The notes below the pieces were generated by a model. That model worked only from the letters and a program-made list of their open reading frames with translations. It searched no databases and was not told where the DNA came from. Positions 17,523 to 27,939 of a DNA stretch of 64,000 bases are shown piece by piece. A program made the position numbers and the translations under genes. This DNA comes from Planctomycetota bacterium. GTDB taxonomy: Bacteria > Planctomycetota > SZUA-567 > H5-PLA8. The DNA is taken from NCBI GenBank assembly GCA_026184295.1, contig JAHCJK010000001.1, positions 24,862-88,861 on the forward strand. Reading direction: 5' to 3'. Each line of letters opens with the position of its first letter. The first letter of the stretch is position 1.

Positions 17523-18160
17523 AGCCTGCGTCCCACCCCTTTGATCGTGCTGCGCCAGCACGGCCATCCCTTGGGCTTCCTTCGCCAGCGCGTCCCTCCC
17601 TTGGGCTCTCTTCGCCAGCGCGGCCAGCGAGCCGTTGTAGCGCCGGCCTCCGGCCGGCAGTATCGCCGGCGTCCTCGCCGGCCGTTCGAAGGCCCTTTCG
17701 CAGGGCATTCGCCCTGGGCAAGAATCCCTGCCGTTTCCCGCCATCCAGGCTGGCCCGTGGCATGCGCCGTTGTCGTTAGCCGCGTGAGCGGCGTCAGTAT
17801 GTGGCCCAGGACGTAAGTCCTGGGAGTGAGCGCATTCGACGAAGCGAGTCCCGTAGGGACGACAGATCTGTTCCGAGTGCTTCTGCCGCCCCTGCGGGGC
17901 TGCATCGCTGTTAGGCGCTCACTCCCAGGGCTTACGCCCTGGGCCACAAAATGACGCCGCTACGCGGCTATTCATCCAAGAGTAGAGTTGCTCAGCAACA
18001 CCTCCCATGGGCAGACCCACAAACCCGCCAACTACGATAGCCGTCGATGCTGCGCAATCCATTAAATTAATTACGAATATGCGCAGATGGATTCCTGAAA
18101 TCGAGGGGTATCTTTCCTTCATGCGCCCACCGGAACGGGCGCGGGTCCGGGAGATTCGCC

Positions 18161-19012
18161 ATGCACGCCACGCTGGATGCCGCCGGCACGCGCATCGATT
18201 ACCGCATCAACGACCAGACGCCCGCGGGGACCGCGCGCCCCGTGGACGTCCACGCCACGCCCGAGGAACTCGCGCGCTTCGAGGCCGACGGCTACCTCGT
18301 GCGCGAACGGCTCTTCCAGGGCGACGCGCTCGAACATCTGCGCCGCTGCATCGACGAGATCGTGGACGAGGAGTCGCGCCGCGAGGGCTTCCGGATCGGC
18401 ACCGGGCGCGGCTTCGGCGGCGTCTTCATCCGCCGGTTGCTCGACCGGCACGAGGGCCTGCACGTCTTCCTGGCCTGCGACGCGCTGACCTCCGTCGCCC
18501 GCGCGATGCTCGGCCCGCAGGTCTGGATGCGCGACATGGTCGCGCGCGTCAGCTACCCCGGGCAGCCGAACCAGGAGACCGAGTGGCACTGGCACCAGCG
18601 CGTCGTCCCGCAGCCGGTTCCGCCGTGGTTCAGCTTCCCGCACATCGTCGATGCGCTCGTCTACCTCGACGATCTGACCGACGCCACCGGCCCCATCTGC
18701 GTCGTGCCGGGCTCGCACAAACGCATCCACGAAGGGCTCCCGTCGCACGATTTCGCCGACAAGGCCGGCCAGGCCACGCTGCGCCTCCCGGCCGGCAGCG
18801 CGGTCCTGATTCACGGGAACCTGTGGCACCGCGCGATGCCGACGCTCCCGCACGGCACGCGCCGCCGCCTGATCATCGCCGGCTTCGCGCCCACATGGAT
18901 CAAGGCGCCGCCCTTCGACAAGTTGCCCAACCCCGACGGCCTGATGGCGCGCCGCTGCAAGGACGGCAGCGCGGAAGACCGCGAATTGCTGGGGCTGACG
19001 GGATTTTACTAA
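18161..19012 (+). CDS. Phytanoyl-CoA dioxygenase (PhyH) family Fe(II)/2-oxoglutarate-dependent oxygenase
   Basis: His/Asp facial-triad motifs WHWHQ ... HGNLWHRAMPT. Length and order typical of PhyH. Confidence 0.75.
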   Translation: MHATLDAAGTRIDYRINDQTPAGTARPVDVHATPEELARFEADGYLVRERLFQGDALEHLRRCIDEIVDEESRREGFRIGTGRGFGGVFIRRLLDRHEGLHVFLACDALTSVARAMLGPQVWMRDMVARVSYPGQPNQETEWHWHQRVVPQPVPPWFSFPHIVDALVYLDDLTDATGPICVVPGSHKRIHEGLPSHDFADKAGQATLRLPAGSAVLIHGNLWHRAMPTLPHGTRRRLIIAGFAPTWIKAPPFDKLPNPDGLMARRCKDGSAEDRELLGLTGFY

Positions 19013-19022
19013 CGGCAGGGGA

Positions 19023-19062
19023 CAGGATTCAGGATTTAGATTTAGGATTTAGGATTCAGGGA
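19023..19062. repeat. Tandem heptamer array (caggatt / taggatt units) immediately after the PhyH stop codon
   Basis: acaggattcaggatttagatttaggatttaggattcaggg. Member of the dispersed heptamer-repeat family (see findings). Confidence 0.7.
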
Positions 19063-19075
19063 AAAAGACGGCGGC

Positions 19076-20425
19076 TCAGGCGCCTTGCAGCTTCGCGCGC
19101 GCCTGGGCGATCTCGGCGGCGATGGCGGCCTCGAGTTCCTGGAGTTCCTTGGTCAGGCGCGCGTAGTCGGTCTTCGAAAGCTGGCTCAGTTCGCGCGCGG
19201 GCGGCAGCGCCGCGCGGGCGAAGACCGCGCCCTGCATGGCCCGCTTGAGCTGCACGAGCACGAGCCCGTACGTGTCGGACTCGTCGCCTTCCTCGGCGTT
19301 GCTGCCGAGCGCCTGCGAGAGCCCGCCGCTGATCTCGAGGATCCCGTGGATCGCCTGGCCGAGGTAGCTTTCGGGGCCGGCGTTCTTGCGGTCGGGCATG
19401 CGCAGCACGCGCATGGTCAGCTTCTCGCTCTGCTGCATCAGCGGGTGGTTGCGGCGGCGGCGGCGCGCGGCGGTCAGGTCCGATTCGTCTTCGGCGCCTT
19501 CCTCTTCGTCATCGCCCGTTTCTTCCTCCGCCGGCTGCTTCCAGGATTCCTCCGGCGGGCCGGCGTCTTCGAAGGCCGTCTCGACCGGGTCTTCTTCTTC
19601 CTCGCCCGGCAAACCGGTAATGCCCTCGTCGCGCAGCGTGGCGTCGAAGGCTTCGCTGGGGTCCTGCCCGAGCAGCGTGCGTTCTTCCATCCCGCGCATC
19701 ATGCGCGACTGGCGCCGCACCTGTTCCTGGTAGGACGCGTCCCATTCGGCCTCGGTGCCGAAACACTGCGGGTCGAAGTCCTCGTCGTCCTCGCCGGCAA
19801 ACTGCACGGGCGGATGCTCCGCGGGCCGCAGCACCGCCTGGCGCACCTGCTCGATCGCCTGCGCCACGCGCTGCGCCATCGCCTGGGCCTCGCGCGGCTC
19901 GGGCGTCTCGCCGCGAGCCGAGAGAATCACGCCGAGCGGCGCGCCGGTCGCGTAGCCGGCCGAGTCTTCGATCTCGAGTTCCGGGATCAGCTTCTCGCGC
20001 AGCGCGGCGAGCATCTCGTGGAGCACCGCGTGGGCTTCGGGCGGGGCGTGGCCGGTGCGCACCTGGATCCAGGGCGTGGCCGTCAGCGGCCCGCGCTCGG
20101 CCTCGGCGAGGAATTCGTACGGCACCAGCAGGCCCTCGGGCGAGAGCATGAGCGAGATGGTCTCGGCGCCGGGCCAGAGGTTCAGCAGCGCGCCGCGGAT
20201 CATGCGCGGTTCGGGCCGGGGCTTCTCGGCCGCGCCGGCCTTCGCCGCGCGTTCGGACTTGGCGCGCTTGATGCGTTTCGCCCGCGTCGTCTGCGGCGTC
20301 GCGACGCTGCGCCAGATGCGCGCGTAGCCGCTCACGGCCAGCGCCACCTCGATCAGCCGGTCTTCGAAAGTCTCGATTTGCGAAGGCTTGGCCAGCCGCC
20401 CCCGGAAACGGATCACGGTTTCCAT
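19076..20425 (-). CDS. Hypothetical acidic protein (449 aa)
   Basis: Long ORF with normal composition. The opposite-strand ORF 19085..20458 is an Arg/Gly-rich shadow frame. Confidence 0.5.
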   Translation of the reverse strand: METVIRFRGRLAKPSQIETFEDRLIEVALAVSGYARIWRSVATPQTTRAKRIKRAKSERAAKAGAAEKPRPEPRMIRGALLNLWPGAETISLMLSPEGLLVPYEFLAEAERGPLTATPWIQVRTGHAPPEAHAVLHEMLAALREKLIPELEIEDSAGYATGAPLGVILSARGETPEPREAQAMAQRVAQAIEQVRQAVLRPAEHPPVQFAGEDDEDFDPQCFGTEAEWDASYQEQVRRQSRMMRGMEERTLLGQDPSEAFDATLRDEGITGLPGEEEEDPVETAFEDAGPPEESWKQPAEEETGDDEEEGAEDESDLTAARRRRRNHPLMQQSEKLTMRVLRMPDRKNAGPESYLGQAIHGILEISGGLSQALGSNAEEGDESDTYGLVLVQLKRAMQGAVFARAALPPARELSQLSKTDYARLTKELQELEAAIAAEIAQARAKLQGA

Positions 20426-20514
20426 GCCATCCGTCTATCACGCATCGCGCAAAGTTAAAATGAAACTCCGCGGTCGCGCGCGCCCCGGGGCCGATGGGGG
20501 CCTTTTGGAACCGC

Positions 20515-21828
20515 TCAGGCCGTCGGCGCGGGCGGCGCGTCGGGCGCCGAACCGTTCGCGCCTTCCGGCGGGGCCGGTGGCGCGGGCGTGGACGGCGGTG
20601 CGGCCGGCGGCGGTTGCGGCGGCGCTTGCGCGGCGTCGGCGGGCGGCGCGCCCGTGCCTTGGTGCGCGCGGGCCTGGCGCGTGCGGATATGGCGCGCCAT
20701 CGCTTCGCCCTTGCGCTCGTCGCCGCGCGTCATCCGCACGAGCAGGAAAAGGCCCAGGCCCATCACCACGGCGGCCACGAGCACCACGCCGCCGGTGCCG
20801 GACTCGGGCGTCTCCAGGTGTTCCATCTTCAGCGCGACGTAGATGGGCATCGTGTCCCACTGCTGGTCGGCGCGCACGTAGGACCAGCGCTGCAAGAACA
20901 GCCCCGTCCAGCGCACGCGGTCGGGCGCGTCCACGTCGTCCTTCGAACGGAACCCGCCGATGTCCTGCGGGACCAGCAGCGCGTAAAAATGGAGCCGGTC
21001 GTCGCGGCAGATGACCATCCAGGTGTCGCGCACGCCCGACTTGTTTTCCGCGTCCATCCCCCAGTTGCGGATCTGGTATTTCTTGATGAGGCTGCCTTCG
21101 AACTTGTACGCCTGCCCGCGGTAGTGGTCGGGGTTGGTCATCACGTTGGAGAACGTCGCCAGCGCGCGGTTGGGCCCCAGCGCCTTCGAATTGGCTTCCT
21201 TGCGCGCCTGGTAGTAGGCCTCCAGGGTCTCGGGGCGGTCGGCGTGGGTGCGCAGGTAGCGGAAGAGCATCCAGATCGCCTCGGCGCCGTGGTCCACCTC
21301 GCTCGCCGCCACCAGCCCTTCGGCGTTGGAAATGTTGTCGTCGAAGATCACTTCAAACGCGTCGGTGAAGGACTGCGCGCCCGGGTCCAGGTCTTCCAGC
21401 TTCTCGAAATTCGGGAGCATCTCCTGGAACTTGCGCACCTTGGCTTCGTCCACCGTGTACTTGCGGCGCTGCGGTTCTTCGGAAGCGGGCGCTTCGGCTT
21501 CGGCGCCGGGCGTTTCTTCCGCGCCGGGCTTCCGTTCGCCGGAAGCTTCGGCGGGCTCGGCCGCGATCGGCTTGCCCTGCGCGTCCACGACGGTGCCTTC
21601 GGCGCGCTTGTTGATCGTGGGGTGGGGGTGCGCGGGCAGCGTCGGGTTGACGTGCGTGCGGCTGGAATCGATGATCTTCTGCAGTTCGCCGCCTTGGCTC
21701 GCGGCGCGCCCGCGGCTGCGGAGCATGCTCACGCCCGCCGCCAGCAGCCCGGCCATCAGCAGCAGCATGATGAAGCGGCCGGTCAGGAAGTCCATGAGCG
21801 ACTTGGGGCGGTCCTGCACCCATTTCAT
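20515..21828 (-). CDS. Hypothetical membrane protein (two predicted transmembrane helices, Pro/Ala-rich C-terminal tail)
   Basis: Start chosen at MKWVQDRPK. TM helices FIMLLLMAGLLAAGV and GVVLVAAVVMGLGLFLLV. Co-directional with 19076..20425. Confidence 0.45.
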   Translation of the reverse strand: MKWVQDRPKSLMDFLTGRFIMLLLMAGLLAAGVSMLRSRGRAASQGGELQKIIDSSRTHVNPTLPAHPHPTINKRAEGTVVDAQGKPIAAEPAEASGERKPGAEETPGAEAEAPASEEPQRRKYTVDEAKVRKFQEMLPNFEKLEDLDPGAQSFTDAFEVIFDDNISNAEGLVAASEVDHGAEAIWMLFRYLRTHADRPETLEAYYQARKEANSKALGPNRALATFSNVMTNPDHYRGQAYKFEGSLIKKYQIRNWGMDAENKSGVRDTWMVICRDDRLHFYALLVPQDIGGFRSKDDVDAPDRVRWTGLFLQRWSYVRADQQWDTMPIYVALKMEHLETPESGTGGVVLVAAVVMGLGLFLLVRMTRGDERKGEAMARHIRTRQARAHQGTGAPPADAAQAPPQPPPAAPPSTPAPPAPPEGANGSAPDAPPAPTA

Positions 21829-22111
21829 TTCGCTGACGCTGCGCGGCGCCTGCCACGCCTGGCGTTCGGGCGGCTTGTCGCGACGGGCACTGAATTTGGG
21901 GATATCCACGCCGATTGAACCTCCTGGAAAGCCGCCGCCGACCATGAGTACAACGTGCAACGCCCGCGTCTCTTGCTAGGTTACCATGAAGATTTGGACC
22001 CGTCCGGCCCTTTTCATCCTTCTCTAACGCAGGATGGGTACGAAGGTTGACGCCGATTTCGCCATCGTCCAAAATCGCGCCCGCACAGGTCCAGGCCGGA
22101 GGGAGCCCCGC

Positions 22112-23299
22112 ATGGATTTCCTGAAGAACGTCACCGTTCTCGATTTCAGCCACGTCCTGGCCGGGCCCTATTGCACGATGATGCTCGCCGATTACGGCGC
22201 CGACGTCGTCAAGATCGAACGCCCCGGCATCGGCGACGACACCCGCGCCTGGGGGCCTCCGTTCGCCGGCGGCGAAAGCTGCTACTTCATGTCGATCAAC
22301 CGCAACAAGCGCAGCCTGGCGGTGAACATGAAGACCGAGGACGGCAAGCGCATCATCCGCGAACTGGCCGCTAAGGCCGACGTCGCCATCGAGAACTTCT
22401 GCCCGGGCACCATGCAGCGCCTCGGCTTTGCCTACGAAGACCTGAAGGCCATCAACCCCGGCATCGTGTACTGTTCGCTCAGCGGCTACGGGCAGACCGG
22501 CCCCGACCGCGACCTGCCCGGCTTCGACGTCGTGGTGCAGGCGCGCGGCGGCATGATGAGTTTGACCGGGCCCGCCCAGGGCGAACCTTCCATCGTCGGC
22601 ATCTCCATTATCGACATCTTCGCCGGGCTCCACGCGCTCAGCGGCATCCTGGCGGCCTTGAAGGGCCGCGACGCCACCGGCCAGGGCTGCTACCTCGACA
22701 TGAGCCTCCTCGACAGCCAGGTGAACATCCTCACGCATCAGGCCACGAGCTACCTCATGACCGGGCGCGTGCCGTCGCGGCGCGGCAACAGCCACAACAA
22801 CATCGTCCCGTACCAGACCTTCAAGACCAAGAGCTGCTACATCAACATCGCGGCCGGCAACGACAAGCTGTACCAGAACCTCTGCAAGGTCCTCGGCCGC
22901 GAGGAACTCGCCACGGACGAACGCTTTTCCACAAACGGCAAGCGCGTCGAGAACCGCACGGTGCTCTGCCCGATCCTGGAAGGCCTGGTCGCCGAGATGG
23001 ACGGGCGCGACCTCGTCCGCCGCCTGGGCGAAGCGCACGTCCCCGCCGCCGTCGTGCAGGACATGCAGGGCGTCTTCAGCGATCCGCAGGTGCGGGCACG
23101 CGAGATGATCGCGGAGATGCCGCACCCGACCGCGGGCACTCTGCGCGTGCCGCACGCCGCCGGAACCGTGGACGGAAAGAAGCCCGCGCTGCGCCGCCCC
23201 CCGCCGCTCCTGGGCGAACACAGCGCCGAAATCCTCAAGGAAAAGCTCGGCTACGACGACGCGAAGATCGCGGCGCTCAAGGCCGGCGGCGTCATCTGA
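22112..23299 (+). CDS. CoA-transferase family III (CaiB/BaiF-like)
   Basis: N-terminal family signature VLDFSHVLAGPYCTMMLADYGADVVKIERP. Start at MDFLKN. Confidence 0.85.
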   Translation: MDFLKNVTVLDFSHVLAGPYCTMMLADYGADVVKIERPGIGDDTRAWGPPFAGGESCYFMSINRNKRSLAVNMKTEDGKRIIRELAAKADVAIENFCPGTMQRLGFAYEDLKAINPGIVYCSLSGYGQTGPDRDLPGFDVVVQARGGMMSLTGPAQGEPSIVGISIIDIFAGLHALSGILAALKGRDATGQGCYLDMSLLDSQVNILTHQATSYLMTGRVPSRRGNSHNNIVPYQTFKTKSCYINIAAGNDKLYQNLCKVLGREELATDERFSTNGKRVENRTVLCPILEGLVAEMDGRDLVRRLGEAHVPAAVVQDMQGVFSDPQVRAREMIAEMPHPTAGTLRVPHAAGTVDGKKPALRRPPPLLGEHSAEILKEKLGYDDAKIAALKAGGVI

Positions 23300-23317
23300 T
23301 CTGTTGGGAGGTTCCGC

Positions 23318-24294
23318 TCAGGCGCGCCCGTGCCAGGCGAGCACGCGCAGCGCGCGCAGGGTATTCCAGCGGCTCGGCCGGCCGACCTCGTCGCCGAGGT
23401 CCACCAGGTTCGTACCTTTGTAGGCGACGTCCAGCGGCCAGCGCCCGTCGGCATCGCGCCGCGCCGCGAGCCCTTTCACGGCTTCGGCGGTGCGTTCGTC
23501 CGGCGGCACGCCCGCGCGGCGCAGGTAGTCGAGCGCGCGCAGCGTGTCGTAGTGCCACCACGCCGGGAAGGCCAGGGCGGTAAACGACGCGCGGCTCTTG
23601 CGGTCCTGCGCGATCGCTTCGCCCGTGGACTTGCGCCGCAGCAGCCGGCGGTCGAGCAAATACGCCTGCCCGCGACGGCGTGCCGCGGCCACCTTCGGAT
23701 CGGGCGCGATGCACTGTTCGTACTCGAGCAGCGCTTCCAGCACGCAGAGGGTGGTGTTGAACGAGCCGCGCGTCGAACCGCGTTCGGCCTCGCAGTTCCA
23801 CCCGCCGTCGGGCAGTTGTTCGGCGAGCAGCCGGTCGACAATCCCGCGGACATCCTGGCCGAAGTACGCGCCCGCCACGGCCACCTGCCCGTTGATGCAG
23901 GGTTCGACCTCGCCCTGAAAGTAGCGGTGGTGCTCGATCTCTTCCGGGCCGGAGCCCATCCATGTCACTCCCGCGCGAACGGCCTCGAGCGCGCGGCGCG
24001 CCGGCGCGGCGGCCTGGTCGAGCCCCAGTTCGCGCAGCAGCCAGAGCGCGTGCATGGTGGAATTCCAGCCGCGGTTCCAGGCCATGCCCGACCAGCTTCC
24101 GTCGGCGCGCCCTGGAGCGCGAGCACGCGCGCGCCCAGCCCTTCGGTGGCCACGCGCGCGCGTTCGGCCGCGACGGCCTCGGCCGGAGCGCCGCCGAGGT
24201 CGCGCAGCGCCTGCCAGCGGATCGCGGGGTCGCCTTCGAGCAGCCAGGCCATCACGGGATGCGTCGTTTCGAGCATGCCGGCATCTTCGCCCAT
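23318..24294 (-). pseudogene. Terpene-cyclase-like / prenyltransferase-alpha-alpha-toroid repeat protein, apparently frameshifted
   Basis: N-terminal part (MAWLLEGDPAIRWQALRDL...LALQGAP) is in the frame of ORF 23965..24294. C-terminal part (DGSWSG...WNCEAERGS...RDADGRWP) is in the frame of ORF 23318..24904. The two frames join near 24100 at a G-run, consistent with a 1-nt indel. Confidence 0.5.
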
Positions 24295-24508
24295 TCGCGC
24301 GCGGTCTCAAGCCCATGCCAGGCCTCTCGCGATTCGGGAATGCGCCGCGCGCCGCTCGACATGAGAACCGTTGAGCGCGTGGGCGTTCGACGGGAGGCAA
24401 GCGGAGGGAGCGTTCGATAGATAAACAAGAGGTGCGCCAGGCGCCGGTGAGGCGCGGGTTAGGGTGCAACCGAACGGGAACGGACGGCCTATAAAAGGAG
24501 AGCCTGCC

Positions 24509-24874
24509 ATGAGTCTGGAAAGCGTAGCCAACCAATTCGTCGCGCTGTGCCGCCAGGGGAAGAATTTCGACGTGATGCGCACGATGTACGATCCGAACAT
24601 CGTCTCGGTCGAGGCCGACGGCGCGGAGACCGCGGGGCAGGGCCCCGTGATCAAGAAGTCCGAAGATTGGGTCTCCGACAAGGAATTCCACGGCGAGACG
24701 GTCGCCGGGCCCTTCTACAACGGCGCGAACCCGGACCAGTTCGCGGTCTACTTCACCCTCGACGTGACCCTGCGGGCCACCGGCCAGCGCATCACGCTCG
24801 ACGAGGTCGGCATCTACACGGTGAAGAACGGCCTGATCACGCGCGAGCAGTTCTTCTACAGCGGCAAGCACTAA
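24509..24874 (+). CDS. SnoaL-like / NTF2-fold small protein
   Basis: 121-aa ORF starting MSLESVANQF with RBS aaaaggagag. NTF2-like length and pattern. The overlapping minus-strand ORF is spurious. Confidence 0.5.
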   Translation: MSLESVANQFVALCRQGKNFDVMRTMYDPNIVSVEADGAETAGQGPVIKKSEDWVSDKEFHGETVAGPFYNGANPDQFAVYFTLDVTLRATGQRITLDEVGIYTVKNGLITREQFFYSGKH

Positions 24875-24958
24875 GCCGGCCGCACGACCCATCGCCAAAC
24901 GCACGGGCCGCGGAGATCTCCGCGGCCCGTGCCGTTTGTGCCGAAATCCGATACGCGT

Positions 24959-26392
24959 CTACGACGAGAGATTGCTGCTCGACCAGTGCTGCACGAACTG
25001 CGCCAGGCCCGGCGCGCGGTTGCCGCGGCTCTGGTGCTTGTGCTTGTACGGCAGCGGCTGGCCCAGAAACGCCTCGATCTTCCCGCGCAGGTCCTTCACC
25101 ACCGCGGGCTGCGCGGCGGCGACGTTCTCGGTCTCGCGCGGGTCCTTGGCCAGATCGTACAGTTCCACGCGCTTGCCCGGTTCCAGGCTGTGCATCGAGA
25201 GCTTGTGCGTCTCGGTGCGGATGAAGACTTCGTCCGACCAGCCGGCGATCACGTGCGGGTACTTGCTCTTCGCGCGCCCTTCCACGATCGGCATCAGGTC
25301 CTGCCCGTCGTACGGTTCCGTGCTTTCCACGCCCAGCAGGTTGCAGACGGTCGGCGCCAGGTCGATGTTCATCGCGAAGGCGTCCTTCGTCTGCCCCGCG
25401 AACGCGCGGTCGGGATGGCGCACGATCATGTTGATGCGGGTGTTGAAGTCCTGCTGCCGCACGGCGCTCTTCCCGAACTGGTCCACGTCGAGCAGTTCGG
25501 TGCCGTGGTCGCTGGTGAAGACCACCACCGTGTCGTCCCAGAGCTTGTGTTCGTCGAGCTTCTGCATGAAGCGCCCGATCCAGCGGTCCACGAACGTGCA
25601 GTAGCCGTAGTAGAGCGCCTTCGTGCGCGCGATCTCGTCCTCGGTGAACTTGAAGCGCTTCTGGAAGAACTGCGGGTACAGGTAATCGACCACGCCGTCC
25701 TTCTTGAAGTACGCGTCGGCGAACGAGGCCGGCGGATCCCAGAACTCGTGCGGCGCGAAGCTTTCGATGTGCAGATAGAACGGTTTCTGCTTCGCGTTGT
25801 CGTCGACCCACTGCATCGCGCTGCGGAAGACGCGCGCCGGGAGGTACTCTTCCTCGCCCGCGCGGTCCATCATGTTCAGGAGGTACTGCGTGTAGCCGCT
25901 GTGGCGCTTGAAGTCGGTCTCGTCGGGATGCATGTAGCGCTTCAGGTCCACCTTGTCGAGCGGCCCGCTGCGCACCCGGTCGGTCTCCTGGCCGCGGATG
26001 TAGTCGTAGCTGGTGAAGCCGCGCGTGAAGTTCATCGTCGGCTTGAATTCGTGGTACAGGTCCGAGACCAGCCCGGTCAGCACGCCGTTGGCGCTCAGGG
26101 TTTCCGCGAGCGTCGTGTATTCGCCGGGGATCGCGTACCAGCCGACCAGGTTCGGCACCGAGCCGCGGTCGTCGATGTCGTGCTGGAACGGGAAGGCGCG
26201 CCGCCCGGTGTAGAAGCCGCGCCGCGACGGGATCGTCGGGTACGCGTCGCCGTACGCGCGGGTAAAGGTGGTGCCTTCGGCGCGCAGGCGGTCCACGTTG
26301 GGCATCGCCACCGGGTCCTTCCAGGTGTGGTCCACCACGTCCGCGCGCAAGGTATCGCAGCAGATCACGACGACGTTCATTTTCTTAGGCAT
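24959..26392 (-). CDS. Sulfatase-family (alkaline-phosphatase superfamily) enzyme with Thr at the formylglycine position
   Basis: N-terminal metal-binding block VVVICCDTLRAD and signature region AYPTIPSRRGFYTGR. Aligned to the canonical C-x-P-x-R, the Cys is replaced by Thr. No signal peptide. Confidence 0.75.
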   Translation of the reverse strand: MPKKMNVVVICCDTLRADVVDHTWKDPVAMPNVDRLRAEGTTFTRAYGDAYPTIPSRRGFYTGRRAFPFQHDIDDRGSVPNLVGWYAIPGEYTTLAETLSANGVLTGLVSDLYHEFKPTMNFTRGFTSYDYIRGQETDRVRSGPLDKVDLKRYMHPDETDFKRHSGYTQYLLNMMDRAGEEEYLPARVFRSAMQWVDDNAKQKPFYLHIESFAPHEFWDPPASFADAYFKKDGVVDYLYPQFFQKRFKFTEDEIARTKALYYGYCTFVDRWIGRFMQKLDEHKLWDDTVVVFTSDHGTELLDVDQFGKSAVRQQDFNTRINMIVRHPDRAFAGQTKDAFAMNIDLAPTVCNLLGVESTEPYDGQDLMPIVEGRAKSKYPHVIAGWSDEVFIRTETHKLSMHSLEPGKRVELYDLAKDPRETENVAAAQPAVVKDLRGKIEAFLGQPLPYKHKHQSRGNRAPGLAQFVQHWSSSNLSS

Positions 26393-26426
26393 GCGTGGGC
26401 TCCCTGTTCCCTTGTTCGATTCGAAA

Positions 26427-27935
26427 TTACGCCTGCGCGCAAAGGCCCAGGCGGGCTTCCTGTTCGGCCGGCGCGCCGACCTGCTTTAAGAAGGCGCGCA
26501 GCCCCTGTGCCAGCCGGTCGGCCTGTTTAGGCTCGTCCGCCAGCACGTTCCTTTCCTGCTTCGGGTCGGCGGCGATGTGCCACAGCGCGTCGCGCGCCGG
26601 CCCGCGCACGTGATCGACGGGAAAGCGCATCCGCTCGCGTTCGAACGGCCCGATGCCCTTCGGCACGATAAAGCGCGGCGGTTCCGCCGAATACCAGTAC
26701 AGCGGCGCGTTGCCGTCCTGCGGCGGCCATTTGCTCAGCGTCCACGCCCCGTCGGTGACGTGGATGCCTTCGCCGTACTTCCCGAAGCAGGCGAAATCCC
26801 GCGTGCGTGCCTCGGACGAACCGAGCGCGCCCATCAGCGAGGTCCCGTGGATTTCGTGGTCGGGCCGCGCCGCGCCCATCGCGTCGAGCACCGTCGGGAA
26901 GTAGTCCACCGGCTGCGCCAGGCACGTCCGGCGGCTGCCCGCCTGCGAGCGGAAATCCGGGTGATAGACGAGCAGCGGGATGTGCGCCATCTCCTGGTAG
27001 AGCGTCGAATCGCCGTGCCCGCTGCCGGGCTTGCCGATCATGCCGTGTTCGCCGAAGAGATGCCCGTGGTCGGTGGTGACGACGATCATCGTGTCGTCCA
27101 TCAGGCCCAGCGTTTCCAGGCGTTCCATGAAGTGCTTGAACCAGCGGTCCACCAGCGTCACCTTGCCGGCGTAAAGCGCGCGGATATCCGCGAGTTCTTC
27201 CGGCGTGTAGCGGTCGGCCTTGCCGTAGATCGGCCAGCGCACGCGTTCCGCGGGCACTTCGCCGTTTGTGTAAAGTGTGTCGTACGGGGCGGGGGGGTCG
27301 AAGGGTTCGTGCGGGTCGAAATGGTCGATGGTGAGGAAGAAGCCTTTCTCGCGCAGTCCGTGGTGGTTGCCCAGCCATTCCGCCGCGGCCGCGAAGGTCT
27401 GCGCCGTAAAGGTGTGGCGTTCGTCCTTCCATTTCCCTTCGGCGTCGCGCCATTTGGCGGTGTTGCGCATGTACTGCGCCCAGCGGAAGTGGCACTTAGT
27501 CTTTTCCGGCGCGGGAAAGCGCGGCGGGATCGTCGGGTCGGCGACCCAGTGGTCGTTTTCCTGGCCGCGGATGAAGTCCCACGAATCGTAGTGGAAGTGG
27601 TAGTTCCCCGAGCCGTTTTCGAAAAGGTGGTAGTGGTCGGTCACCAGCGCGGTGTTCGTGCCGCCCTTCTGCAGGACGCCGGGCAGGTCGTGGTCCCACG
27701 GTTCGAGCGGGCCCCAGCCGCGGAAGGGGAACTCGTAGCGCCCGGTCATGATCTCGCGGCGCGCCGGCATGCAGGGCGAGGACGCCAGGTACGCGTTGTC
27801 GAAGATGACCGAGCGCGACGCGAAGGCATCCAGGTTCGGCGTCTGAATCCAGCCGTTGCCGTAGCAGCCCAGGTGGTCGCGGCGCAGCGTGTCGATGACG
27901 ATCAGGATCGTGTTCACAGGTGGTTTCCCGTTCAA
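26427..27935 (-). CDS. Cys-type sulfatase (arylsulfatase family), no signal peptide
   Basis: ILIVIDTLRRDHLGCYG metal-binding block and canonical signature SPCMPARREIMTGR (C-x-P-x-R). Confidence 0.8.
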   Translation of the reverse strand: MNGKPPVNTILIVIDTLRRDHLGCYGNGWIQTPNLDAFASRSVIFDNAYLASSPCMPARREIMTGRYEFPFRGWGPLEPWDHDLPGVLQKGGTNTALVTDHYHLFENGSGNYHFHYDSWDFIRGQENDHWVADPTIPPRFPAPEKTKCHFRWAQYMRNTAKWRDAEGKWKDERHTFTAQTFAAAAEWLGNHHGLREKGFFLTIDHFDPHEPFDPPAPYDTLYTNGEVPAERVRWPIYGKADRYTPEELADIRALYAGKVTLVDRWFKHFMERLETLGLMDDTMIVVTTDHGHLFGEHGMIGKPGSGHGDSTLYQEMAHIPLLVYHPDFRSQAGSRRTCLAQPVDYFPTVLDAMGAARPDHEIHGTSLMGALGSSEARTRDFACFGKYGEGIHVTDGAWTLSKWPPQDGNAPLYWYSAEPPRFIVPKGIGPFERERMRFPVDHVRGPARDALWHIAADPKQERNVLADEPKQADRLAQGLRAFLKQVGAPAEQEARLGLCAQA

Positions 27936-27939
27936 AAGG

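Noticed and set aside
24120-24904. N-terminal about 260 codons of ORF 23318..24904(-)
   Set aside because: Only the C-terminal part carries the terpene-cyclase-like repeats. The upstream part is Arg/Asp/Leu-rich shadow sequence and overlaps the well-supported SnoaL-like gene on the plus strand (24509..24874).
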